Source: a virus
Lineage: Duplodnaviria; Caudoviricetes
Direction: 5' to 3' (one strand)
IMG/VR virus record: IMGVR_UViG_3300036982_000212
Span: 1-29,699 of that record
DNA length: 29,699 nucleotides
Shown here: positions 7,245 to 14,771 of the stretch, piece after piece
Numbering within the stretch: position 1 is the stretch's first letter
Layout of the letters: each line of letters begins with the position of its first letter
Program-made: the position numbers and the translations under genes
The notes under the pieces: model-generated
Seen by the model: the letters and a program-made list of their open reading frames with translations, nothing else
Databases searched by the model: none
What the model was told of the DNA's origin: nothing

Positions 7245-7682
7245 GTGAAAACGTACATTGTGGAAACTACAGACGGGGAAAAAGTCCGTCAACCGTACCT
7301 GTCAACTGCAAATGACGTGCGCCATGCTTTGAGGGAGTGGCTAGGGGACATGGGGACCGAGCGTGACGTGCAGCGCATCTACGCGAATGCGCGCGTCATG
7401 GAGGCCATAAGCTGGTCCGAATACGGGCAAGGCTTTAAGTTTATCAACCGCTTTGAACCATTGGACTACTTGGTAACGCAGTTGGATAGTCCAGAATGCC
7501 AAGCGCTAGAAGCTTGGATTTTGGAGAATGACGTGCGGAACCAGCGTGCGCCACTAGGGGATTCCATCATGGCCGCCTGGCTTGCTAATGCCGATGAATC
7601 GCAAGGCATAGTTGAAATTCCGGCCCGTTGGTCCGTTACTGGCGTGCCGGTGACGTTTGACGTTTGGGGAGCCGCGCCATGA
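7245..7682 (+). CDS. Early hypothetical protein (145 aa)
   Basis: GTG start after a GAGGGG RBS; ATGA overlap with the next gene. Confidence 0.75.
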   Translation: MKTYIVETTDGEKVRQPYLSTANDVRHALREWLGDMGTERDVQRIYANARVMEAISWSEYGQGFKFINRFEPLDYLVTQLDSPECQALEAWILENDVRNQRAPLGDSIMAAWLANADESQGIVEIPARWSVTGVPVTFDVWGAAP

Positions 7683-7852
7683 CGCCAGTGTCACGGCCAG
7701 CCTGCCCCGTCTGCTACCGGGCCGGTGCGATACCCTGCCCCTTTACGGATGCCAGCCTACCCTGTCTGCACTGTGACGGGACCGGGTTCGACCTTTACTG
7801 GCTAGGGCCGGACCTGCCAGCATGGGAGCCCGCCCCGTGCTGTACTTGCTAG
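7679..7852 (+). CDS. Small DnaJ-type zinc-finger-like protein (57 aa)
   Basis: ATG 7679 with a GGGAG RBS; CPVCYRAG and CLHCDGTG motifs. Confidence 0.6.
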   Translation: MTPVSRPACPVCYRAGAIPCPFTDASLPCLHCDGTGFDLYWLGPDLPAWEPAPCCTC

Positions 7853-7899
7853 GCCTGCTACTAGCCGCTGCCATTGCCGAGCTGTTTGACATAGGCTAA
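7837..7899 (+). CDS. Possible 20-aa hydrophobic peptide
   Basis: GGGAG at 7824-7828, then GTG; MLYLLGLLLAAAIAELFDIG; ends just before the terminator. Confidence 0.4.
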   Translation: MLYLLGLLLAAAIAELFDIG

Positions 7900-7924
7900 C
7901 CTTCTCTCGCGTGTCGATATCTTG

Positions 7925-7952
7925 CCCGGCCTAACCCGCCGGGTTTTTTTTT
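7925..7952 (+). terminator. Rho-independent terminator of the early operon
   Basis: CCCGGC-CTAACCC-GCCGGG hairpin followed by T9. Confidence 0.92.
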
Positions 7953-7954
7953 GC

Positions 7955-9367
7955 CTACTGCACCAGCCGCAAGCTCGGAAACAGGGTTTCCAATGCGTCC
8001 CGGCACTGCGCGCTATTCATCGTGCTATAAACGCTATCGGGCGCGGTATATATTGTGCGCTTATTCGGATTGCGTGCGGTTCCGATATGGCCGCGATTAG
8101 TCCAGCCCGATAATGCCATTACGCCAGTTAATACGTTAACAGGGATAATCCCACGATTAATAATCGGCTCTATCTTGCGCGCAATATCACCCCACGGACC
8201 GCCGATAATACCTTCCGCGAACACTCCGCGCCTGGCGCGAACGTCCGCCAAGAGCGTTTCTTCCACTGATTCCTGCCGGACATTGAGCAATCTACGCTTT
8301 GCTTCCGTCATGGGAGGGGGCGCAGCCGGATTGAATGCCCCTAGGGCGCGCTGGGAGAGCGTATAAGCCACGTTTCCTATGCCCCCGCTACCGTACCACT
8401 GCCACAGGGCGCTAGCGGCTTCCTGCGTCATCTTGGGCGCATCACTCCAAAGCACGAACCAGCGCCGGTCGTCGTCGGATAGGTGGATAGCGTCGCGGAA
8501 GTTGCTCATGGCGATGGGCAAGCCCCGATTTAATGCAGGGTACGGGTGCTGCATTTTCCGATTAACCATTATCAACTCTGGGGGCGCGGCACATAATACC
8601 TTCATAAACTCTTCCACCGCCCGTTTATCGCGATTTACTCCCCGGCGTAATTCATTTAGCAGCAATACTTCATTTTCCAACGCATAACCGAATTGGCTGA
8701 TAATGTCCTCGCCACGGACGACGGCGACGTTCTGCAATTGGGGACCGCCCACGGCTTGCAGGAACGGGTGGAGGGCGGAGTCCTTGCCGGAACCGGGGTG
8801 GCCGGCTATCAGGATGCCGTGATTGATTTTGCGGTCCGGGTGCTGGAATTTGAAGGCCAGACAGTCCAGCAAGTGATTACGCTCCCAGTCACAGGGGAGC
8901 AATCCGGCTAGGTGGTCCAGCCAAGGGGACGCATCACCGGCTACCGGCTGCACTCGGGCGTTCCGCCACAGGTTCCCCCATGCTTCCCCGTGCCGTTCTA
9001 GCAACGCACCGGCACCAGGCGCATACGTCAACCCGGCGGCTATCACGCCACCCATAGCGGCGCGGTTCTCGTCAAAGCTGTTACTGGCATGGATTGGACC
9101 GCCAGTGTGGATACTGATGCACTTGACGTGCCGGTAGTGGGCGTTGAATGACTGCCGGGTGATAGGGCGACGGTTCACCAAGTCGAAATACCCGTCAGCA
9201 TCGGCAAGGTAGGCAAACCGGCTGAACCACTCGGCTACCGGCAGCGTGGAGATGTCACGGGCGGCTACGGCTTCAGCGGCCTGTAGGATGCTCGCTGATG
9301 TCTCGCCTGCGCTTGCCATGCGCTGTGCGGCGGCGGCTAGGGCTTCCGATAGGGGCTTGTCGCTCAC
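7955..9367 (-). CDS. DUF5906/D5-like (SF3-type) primase-associated helicase with no evident primase domain
   Basis: GTG 9367 (GTGA overlap, GGAGG RBS). Walker A GHPGSGKD, Walker B LLLNEL, MSN...IHLSDDDRRWFV motif and PPMTEAK motif. Confidence 0.75.
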   Translation of the reverse strand: MSDKPLSEALAAAAQRMASAGETSASILQAAEAVAARDISTLPVAEWFSRFAYLADADGYFDLVNRRPITRQSFNAHYRHVKCISIHTGGPIHASNSFDENRAAMGGVIAAGLTYAPGAGALLERHGEAWGNLWRNARVQPVAGDASPWLDHLAGLLPCDWERNHLLDCLAFKFQHPDRKINHGILIAGHPGSGKDSALHPFLQAVGGPQLQNVAVVRGEDIISQFGYALENEVLLLNELRRGVNRDKRAVEEFMKVLCAAPPELIMVNRKMQHPYPALNRGLPIAMSNFRDAIHLSDDDRRWFVLWSDAPKMTQEAASALWQWYGSGGIGNVAYTLSQRALGAFNPAAPPPMTEAKRRLLNVRQESVEETLLADVRARRGVFAEGIIGGPWGDIARKIEPIINRGIIPVNVLTGVMALSGWTNRGHIGTARNPNKRTIYTAPDSVYSTMNSAQCRDALETLFPSLRLVQ

Positions 9368-9678
9368 GAGATATCGACCTCCCGAAGGGTGTACCGGCCC
9401 GTTTTTCCCTTCGTCCAACCCTGCACAAGAATCTTCCACCCGGCTTCCCGCAAAAGGGGCAGGGCAGGGCTATCCATCATCTTTTTTATGCGGGCTGAGA
9501 CGTTGCTGCCGGAGGTGGATTGTACCCCACAAGTCCCCTCAGGGCCGACGCAGACGATGTCGATGATGCCGAACAGGTCTTGCCGAATACGGGCGTGGGG
9601 GTTCCACTTTTCCACTACGGCAACAAGGGGGAACCGCTTGCGCAGGTCGGCAAGGGAGCGTTGCGTGGGGCTGCTCAC
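9364..9678 (-). CDS. Putative PD-(D/E)XK-type nuclease / Holliday junction resolvase-like protein
   Basis: GTG 9678 is coupled to the upstream stop; pattern VEKWN...QDLFGIIDIVCV...GVQST. Confidence 0.6.
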   Translation of the reverse strand: MSSPTQRSLADLRKRFPLVAVVEKWNPHARIRQDLFGIIDIVCVGPEGTCGVQSTSGSNVSARIKKMMDSPALPLLREAGWKILVQGWTKGKTGRYTLREVDIS

Positions 9679-10109
9679 GCTAGCACCGCCATGTCCACGG
9701 TGAAGCCTGGCGTGCCATCGGGGTCGTCCGGTATGCGCACGCCGACGATGCCAAAGTTCTGCGACTTCTCGCGGGGGTTGCCTTGCCCCAACCACGTCCA
9801 CGGGTGACGGGTCTGGTGGGGGGTCAGGCGGTAGTTAGCCATGATGTAGGCGGTCAGGGCGGGCATCCGGTTGGGGTTGATGACGGGTGAGGGTGTGCTG
9901 CTCAGGATGCGCTGAAAGTCCTCAATACCGGGCGGCTGCTTCATCCCGTTCATCACGGACAGGCCGTTGATGACGGTTTCGTCGTCCACGCGGTCCACCG
10001 TCTGCGCCATCGCTAGAGGCATTCCACGGGGGTACATGGCGGTAAGTTTCTCGCCAAACATCTGGACCATGCGCTTCCAGACGCGCTCGGCACGGGGGGT
10101 CAAATTCAT
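9675..10109 (-). CDS. Putative lambda P-like replication protein (helicase loader)
   Basis: ATGA-coupled directly downstream of the initiator; N-terminus AERVWKRMVQMFGEKL. Assignment is mainly positional. Confidence 0.5.
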   Translation of the reverse strand: MNLTPRAERVWKRMVQMFGEKLTAMYPRGMPLAMAQTVDRVDDETVINGLSVMNGMKQPPGIEDFQRILSSTPSPVINPNRMPALTAYIMANYRLTPHQTRHPWTWLGQGNPREKSQNFGIVGVRIPDDPDGTPGFTVDMAVLA

Positions 10110-10741
10110 TTGCGGCTCCATGTGGTGGCACGGTTGCGGCGTTCGCCAGCGTTCCGTAGCCATGAGTTAAACGTGCGACTCCAGTCAGCCTTCACTTTCC
10201 CCTCGCTGAGAAAGTAATCACGAAACTTCATCAGTTCATCGTAGAGCACCACGCCCATTTCCTTGGCAAGGTGTTCGTGTTGGATTTCATGACACCAATC
10301 GTCGGGCAGCCGGGTTCCGGTTGCTTTACGTTCAGCAGACTTTTTTTTCGTTGCCCCCCGTGAGGGGGGATTAAGGGGGGTTTCTCTACTCTCCCTCTCC
10401 TCTCTCTCTAGACAAGCATCCTGCAAGCAACTTGCTAGCATCACGCTAGCATCATCCCCTTCAACATTGAAAAAACCCTTGTCAATCAATGGCTTGAGTC
10501 CCTGCGCCAACTCATTATCAGTCAACCTGAGACGATACGCCACGCCATCGTAAGCTTGGTCGATGGTTCCGTTGTCGTACTCGCTTGCCAACAGCCACAA
10601 GCATGGTGCTAGCGCCTTGCTAGCAACAGGCAAGCGCATAAAGTCAGGGTCATCAAGCAGGGAACGATACAACTTTATCCAAGGTGGCCGCCTGGTCTTG
10701 TAGTGCTGAAACGCACCCCAGTTTTTGGGCGTCAATTTCAT
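10106..10741 (-). CDS. Replication initiator (lambda O analogue; replisome-organiser-like N-terminus, DnaT-like C-terminus)
   Basis: NWGAFQHYK...PPWIKLYRSLLDD at the N-terminus; internal iterons and a purine-rich tract; RLPDDW...KFRDYF...KADWSRTFNSWLRN at the C-terminus. Confidence 0.8.
   Translation of the reverse strand: MKLTPKNWGAFQHYKTRRPPWIKLYRSLLDDPDFMRLPVASKALAPCLWLLASEYDNGTIDQAYDGVAYRLRLTDNELAQGLKPLIDKGFFNVEGDDASVMLASCLQDACLEREERESRETPLNPPSRGATKKKSAERKATGTRLPDDWCHEIQHEHLAKEMGVVLYDELMKFRDYFLSEGKVKADWSRTFNSWLRNAGERRNRATTWSRK
10381..10456. repeat. Putative replication origin: four 11-bp iterons plus a CT/AG tract
   Basis: CAAGCATCCTG, CAAGCAACTTG, CTAGCATCACG, CTAGCATCATC (10413-10456), next to the pyrimidine tract at 10381-10409, inside the initiator gene. 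Confidence 0.7.
10598..10641. repeat. Second array of four 11-bp iteron-like units
   Basis: CAAGCATGGTG, CTAGCGCCTTG, CTAGCAACAGG, CAAGCGCATAA. Confidence 0.55.
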
Positions 10742-11295
10742 GGCGCACCTTTGCTGTTTCTTTTTTCCTTTTCGACGTTCAATTCGTGCTCGCTCGGCAG
10801 CTGGCAACAGCCGTAGTAGTCAAACATCAACCCAGTCAAAAACCCTATTTCTCGCAACTCTTCACCAGTCGGCTTTTCATTCCCGCCGTTCCATCCCCAA
10901 ATCGCATCAATGATGCCTTGGCAATAATCTTCATCATCCCAAAGTTCAATTTCCTGATGCTCTCTGTCCTGATTCATCCACTCATCAAAAATCATCCCGT
11001 GGATGTACCCAAGAACTTGATTCAAAACGGGCGTGTTAAAGTTTTTCATGCTGACCATCATGGCCGACTGCAAACGATGCCGAGTCTCATGGCACTTTTC
11101 ACAAAGAACCATCAACTCCTGGTTGCTGTAATTCCAAACTTCACGGCCCTTGTGATAAATGACGTGATGCACGTTGAGCGTGTTTTCCTTGCTGCCACAA
11201 TCTTGGCACTGAAAATCCGCTGCACTCAAAACCTCTAGCCGCTTTTTCTGCCATTTAGGACTGCGGTACTGTTCACTGTACGTTTTCTTAGCCAC
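10738..11295 (-). CDS. HNH endonuclease-domain protein
   Basis: GTG 11295 with a GGGAG RBS. SPKWQKKRLEVL...CQDCG...LNVHH...LMVLCEKCH; visibly more AT-rich than its neighbours. Confidence 0.8.
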   Translation of the reverse strand: MAKKTYSEQYRSPKWQKKRLEVLSAADFQCQDCGSKENTLNVHHVIYHKGREVWNYSNQELMVLCEKCHETRHRLQSAMMVSMKNFNTPVLNQVLGYIHGMIFDEWMNQDREHQEIELWDDEDYCQGIIDAIWGWNGGNEKPTGEELREIGFLTGLMFDYYGCCQLPSEHELNVEKEKRNSKGAP

Positions 11296-11515
11296 TCGAT
11301 TCTCCCGTTGGTTGCTGATTGTCGCGGCACCGTTTGACCCTCTCCCGAAGGCGCTGCTGGTAGGCACTAACCCTTGCCCGATTGCAAACTACGCAAGCGT
11401 TCGTGAGCGTGTACCTTTCTGTGCCATGTCCGTGCTTGCAGGGCTGACCTTGGTAACGAACCTTGCCCGCCTCCACTGCTTTCCATCTCTCCGCAAGCAT
11501 TGCTGCTGAAGACAT
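11288..11515 (-). CDS. Small Cys/His zinc-binding phage protein
   Basis: YQGQPCKHGH..ERYT....CVVC motif; AAGGAG RBS. Confidence 0.7.
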   Translation of the reverse strand: MSSAAMLAERWKAVEAGKVRYQGQPCKHGHGTERYTLTNACVVCNRARVSAYQQRLRERVKRCRDNQQPTGESSG

Positions 11516-11532
11516 AATAACTCCTTTTGCTT

Positions 11533-11560
11533 ATACTACACTAACTGAGTCGCTAATCAA
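11533..11560 (-). promoter_or_regulatory. Possible internal sigma70 promoter for the replication genes
   Basis: TTGATT-16 bp-TAGTAT in the only intergenic gap of the leftward operon. Confidence 0.4.
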
Positions 11561-11568
11561 GCGTGACG

Positions 11569-11775
11569 CTAGCCCTTCTTGTAGCCCGTCAGCGTGTAGG
11601 ACGCCCACTTCTTGCTTTTGCGGTGAACCATCTCGGTTTCCACCGTGTAGCCTTCGGCGCGGATGTTAAAGATGATGGCGGCTAGCCGGAAGCACCCAAA
11701 CTTCGCTAGTGCCTGAATGGGCGTGATGGGCTTGCCAGTTAGCAAGTAGGCGCGGACATCATTAATCTGGCTCAT
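11569..11775 (-). CDS. Winged helix-turn-helix protein (HTH_39-like)
   Basis: MSQINDVRAYLLTGKPITPIQALAKFGCFRLAAIIFNIRAEGYTVET pattern. Confidence 0.8.
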   Translation of the reverse strand: MSQINDVRAYLLTGKPITPIQALAKFGCFRLAAIIFNIRAEGYTVETEMVHRKSKKWASYTLTGYKKG

Positions 11776-12043
11776 GGGTCACCTCCACAGTCTCAAACGC
11801 CCCTTCGCTGGCAACCTGCGGCGGGTGCGTGATTGCGCCCTTTATGGCCGCCAAACCCAGCGCCCACGGCGGCAACGGGCAATCCGCAACAAGCACTTTG
11901 TTGGTCATGCGCTCGAGCTGGAATTGGTGACCGGAAGGCACGTTGTCCTCCCGCCAGGCGCTAACGGCCTGCGTGGTCAGGCCCAAGGCCCGAGCGACAC
12001 GCTGCGCGTTACCGAACAATGCAATGACTTCTGACTTTTTCAT
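11762..12043 (-). CDS. cro: Cro-like repressor (P22 Cro/YdaS type)
   Basis: MKKSEVIALFGNAQRVARALGLTTQAVSAW...VP....FQLERMT; first gene of the leftward operon; GAGGG RBS. Confidence 0.85.
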   Translation of the reverse strand: MKKSEVIALFGNAQRVARALGLTTQAVSAWREDNVPSGHQFQLERMTNKVLVADCPLPPWALGLAAIKGAITHPPQVASEGAFETVEVTHEPD

Positions 12044-12070
12044 GTTTCCCTCAAAAAAGATTGGACAGGG

Positions 12071-12129
12071 GGGTTGACAACAACAACCCTTGAGTGCAAC
12101 CTTAACACATCACTTGAATTGGTCAAGTG
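12071..12129. promoter_or_regulatory. Divergent promoter/operator region
   Basis: Rightward TTGACA(12074)-17 bp-CAACCT; leftward TTGACC-16 bp-TAAGGT. Inverted repeats GGGTTG-N7-CAACCC (12071-12089) and CACTTGA-N5-TCAAGTG (12111-12129) cover the two -35 boxes. Confidence 0.7.
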
Positions 12130-12145
12130 GAACGGGAGAAACAAA

Positions 12146-12280
12146 ATGACGCATGAAGAAATCATGGACGCGCTGCTGGCACTGCTCGACGCAGTCCTGC
12201 ACAACGAGCCGACTCCGGCTCTCATGTTGGAGAAGGCCCGCGAGGCTCTCCGCCTTTTAAATCAGGTGGGCTTCCAATGA
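12146..12280 (+). CDS. Hypothetical protein (44 aa)
   Basis: GGGAG RBS, ATG 12146, ATGA overlap downstream. Confidence 0.7.
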   Translation: MTHEEIMDALLALLDAVLHNEPTPALMLEKAREALRLLNQVGFQ

Positions 12281-12741
12281 GCATCATTGCCCTGCGCACT
12301 GACGGCGAATACACGTGGCTCGAAATTGAGGGCCAGTCGTTCTTCATCACGCCGAACCCCGAGCACGCCGAGGAAATTTGCATCCGCTGCGTGGAGGACT
12401 TGGAGTTCCTGCGCGAGACGGTCAAGCGCAAAATCAACGCCATCAAGTACCAATCGGACGACGCCGCTGACGTAAAAAATTCCAAGGTGGAGAAGTTGGA
12501 GCGTGCGCTAGCCAACGTAGGCGTAGGCGTGTGCGACCACATTGAGGAAGTGCATTACGAGGGCGTAGACCTCGTCATCGGCTATAACTTTGACCATGAC
12601 GAGTGCCACCGTAACAGCCCCGCCTACCTTGAAGTGATTAGCATCACCCACCGTGGGCAGGACATTACCGGGCTGATTGACCTGCTGGGCGGTCCTGCGG
12701 GCTTTGACAAGATTGCCGACTTGCTGGAGGGCGATAAGTGA
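12277..12741 (+). CDS. Hypothetical protein (154 aa)
   Basis: Coupled at both ends; phage-like codon usage. Confidence 0.75.
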   Translation: MSIIALRTDGEYTWLEIEGQSFFITPNPEHAEEICIRCVEDLEFLRETVKRKINAIKYQSDDAADVKNSKVEKLERALANVGVGVCDHIEEVHYEGVDLVIGYNFDHDECHRNSPAYLEVISITHRGQDITGLIDLLGGPAGFDKIADLLEGDK

Positions 12742-12929
12742 TTGGCATCATTGAGCCTGAAGTGTGCCTTGACCATCTAAGCCAGGCTCTTGCCTGCGCG
12801 GGGTTGGAAATGGTGCAGACCAGCGAGTCGGTCATCATCCGCGTGTCCGACGCTTATAAGCATTGGGGCTGGACTAGCATCCACACCGTTCCGCCCCTCA
12901 TCCGTTTTCAGGGGAAATACCATGAGTGA
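12738..12929 (+). CDS. Hypothetical protein (63 aa)
   Basis: GTGA overlap with a GGAGG RBS. Confidence 0.65.
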   Translation: MIGIIEPEVCLDHLSQALACAGLEMVQTSESVIIRVSDAYKHWGWTSIHTVPPLIRFQGKYHE

Positions 12930-13539
12930 CAATCCAAACCAGCAAGCCGCGTGGCTGTTAGAGCGCGTGGGCTTTGTGACTGCTAGCCAGTTCAAGCACC
13001 TGCTGCCCGGCAAGAAGGGTGGTTACCTTGCCGCCCGCGACACCTACAAGTGGCAGCTTGTGACCGAGCGGCTGACTGGCCGCGCTACGGAACACTACGT
13101 CAACCCGGCGATGCAGTGGGGTATCGACCAAGAGGGCTTTGCGCGGGCTGAGTTTGTGCAGCGTATGCGGCTCATGGTGGACTTGGTCGGCTTCATTAAG
13201 CACCCGACGCTGATGTGCGGCGCGTCTCCGGACGGCGTCATCAACGGCGGCGATGGGTTAGTGGAGTTCAAATGCCCGACCACGAACACGCACTTGCAAA
13301 CCATCATGGACGGCATGGACCCCATGCATATGCCGCAACTGCAGGGGCAGATGTGGATGACTGGCGCGAAGGAAGTGTACTTCTGCAGTTACGACCCGCG
13401 CCTGCCAAAGGGCATGGATTTCTTTGTAGACCGTATTGACCGCGACCAGGCGTACATCGACACGCTGGAGACTGAGGTCTGCAAGTTTCTGAACGAAATA
13501 AACGACACGATTGCCACCCTACAGGAGAAGGCAAAATGA
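12922..13539 (+). CDS. Lambda-exonuclease/YqaJ-family exonuclease
   Basis: WLLERVGFVTAS, AMQWGIDQE, GASPDG, LVEFKCP and QLQGQMW motifs. Confidence 0.93.
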   Translation: MSDNPNQQAAWLLERVGFVTASQFKHLLPGKKGGYLAARDTYKWQLVTERLTGRATEHYVNPAMQWGIDQEGFARAEFVQRMRLMVDLVGFIKHPTLMCGASPDGVINGGDGLVEFKCPTTNTHLQTIMDGMDPMHMPQLQGQMWMTGAKEVYFCSYDPRLPKGMDFFVDRIDRDQAYIDTLETEVCKFLNEINDTIATLQEKAK

Positions 13540-14108
13540 TGAACCTTGACCACAGCAACGCCGCACTGTTTGCCGCGCTTGCACTTGCCCAGTCGGAAGT
13601 AGAAAACGCTACCAAGGGCAGCACCAACCCGCACTTCAAGTCAAAGTACGCTGACCTCGCCGAGGTGCTGAACACCGTGCGCCCGGTCTACAGCAAGCAT
13701 GGCATTGCCATCATCCAGTCCACGGGGTTTGACGGCGTGATGGTGTCGGTCACCACGGCACTGGTCCACAAGGAAGGCGGCTACGTTACCTCTGTGGCGT
13801 CCTGCACGCCCGCCAAGACGGACGGCCAGGGCGTGGGCAGTGCTACGACCTATTTGCGTCGTTACAGCCTTGCAGCGGCCTGTGCGGTCGCCCAAGAGGA
13901 TTTAGACGGCAACGACTCTGCGCACAACCGTCCGGCACCTGCACCTGCCAAGCCGAGCAACCAGTTGTTGGACCTGCTGGCGGCTACCGAGGATGCGACT
14001 AGCGAGGAAGTCCTCCGCAACCTGTACAAGGCGACCGAGAGCCTTGTCGAGCATGAGAAGGGCGAGGCCCGCAAAGCCATCGTCCAGAAGCGTTCCACCA
14101 TCAAGTAA
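13536..14108 (+). CDS. erf: ERF-family single-strand annealing protein
   Basis: NPHFKSKYADL and GSATTYLRRYSL...EDLDG motifs. Confidence 0.93.
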   Translation: MMNLDHSNAALFAALALAQSEVENATKGSTNPHFKSKYADLAEVLNTVRPVYSKHGIAIIQSTGFDGVMVSVTTALVHKEGGYVTSVASCTPAKTDGQGVGSATTYLRRYSLAAACAVAQEDLDGNDSAHNRPAPAPAKPSNQLLDLLAATEDATSEEVLRNLYKATESLVEHEKGEARKAIVQKRSTIK

Positions 14109-14116
14109 GGATAGAA

Positions 14117-14506
14117 ATGAACATCATCACCATCACCGGGCGCGTCGGTCAGGACGCCGAACTCCGCCAGACCCCGCAGGGCCGCGCTGTTGCCAACTTC
14201 AAGGTCGTCGTGGACGTAGGGTTTGGCGACAAGAAGCACGCCCTGTGGATTGACTGCTCCATGTTTGGGCAGCGCGCTGAGAAGGTCGCCAAGTACATCA
14301 CCAAGGGGACTCCGGTCACCGTGTACGGGCAGTTTGACCTGCGGACGTACACCACGAAGAACGGACCAGGCGCGTCCATCACCTGCGATGTGGCCGACAT
14401 TGCTTTGCAGGGCGGTAAGCCGAGTGGGGAGTCTCAGGCTGCGCCCGAGCCTTTCGATGACAAGAAGGCGGCTGACGCTGCGTTTAGTGATGAAATCCCG
14501 TTCTGA
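14117..14506 (+). CDS. ssb: Single-stranded DNA-binding protein
   Basis: MNIITITGRVGQDAELR OB-fold start; acidic DEIPF C-terminus. Confidence 0.96.
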   Translation: MNIITITGRVGQDAELRQTPQGRAVANFKVVVDVGFGDKKHALWIDCSMFGQRAEKVAKYITKGTPVTVYGQFDLRTYTTKNGPGASITCDVADIALQGGKPSGESQAAPEPFDDKKAADAAFSDEIPF

Positions 14507-14528
14507 TTACAGGCGAGAGCTGGTGTGG

Positions 14529-14558
14529 GCAGCGGAACTTTCCGCTGCTTACATTATT
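14529..14558 (+). terminator. Hairpin / probable partial terminator after ssb
   Basis: GCAGCGGA-ACTT-TCCGCTGC followed by TTACATTATT. Confidence 0.6.
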
Positions 14559-14573
14559 GGAAAAGGAAAACAA

Positions 14574-14771
14574 ATGACGCAGGAAGAACAAGTGCAGTTT
14601 GCACGGTACAAAGAGGCAACTCTGCGTGCCGATAGCACCATCACTGCACAGCGCAAAACCATTGCTGCTCTCAATATTACGCTGCAAACGCAGCGGCATC
14701 TTATTGACCTGCTGCATGAGCAAGTCCGCAAGATGGAAGGGCAGATGGAAGAGCTGAGGGCCGCACTGTGA
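14574..14771 (+). CDS. Small coiled-coil hypothetical protein (65 aa)
   Basis: AAGGA RBS, ATG 14574; GTGA overlap with the methyltransferase. Confidence 0.7.
   Translation: MTQEEQVQFARYKEATLRADSTITAQRKTIAALNITLQTQRHLIDLLHEQVRKMEGQMEELRAAL

Noticed and set aside
14223-14573. N-terminal extension of the 14223-14771 ORF overlapping ssb
   Set aside because: It crosses ssb out of frame and a terminator-like hairpin; ATG 14574 has a clear RBS.
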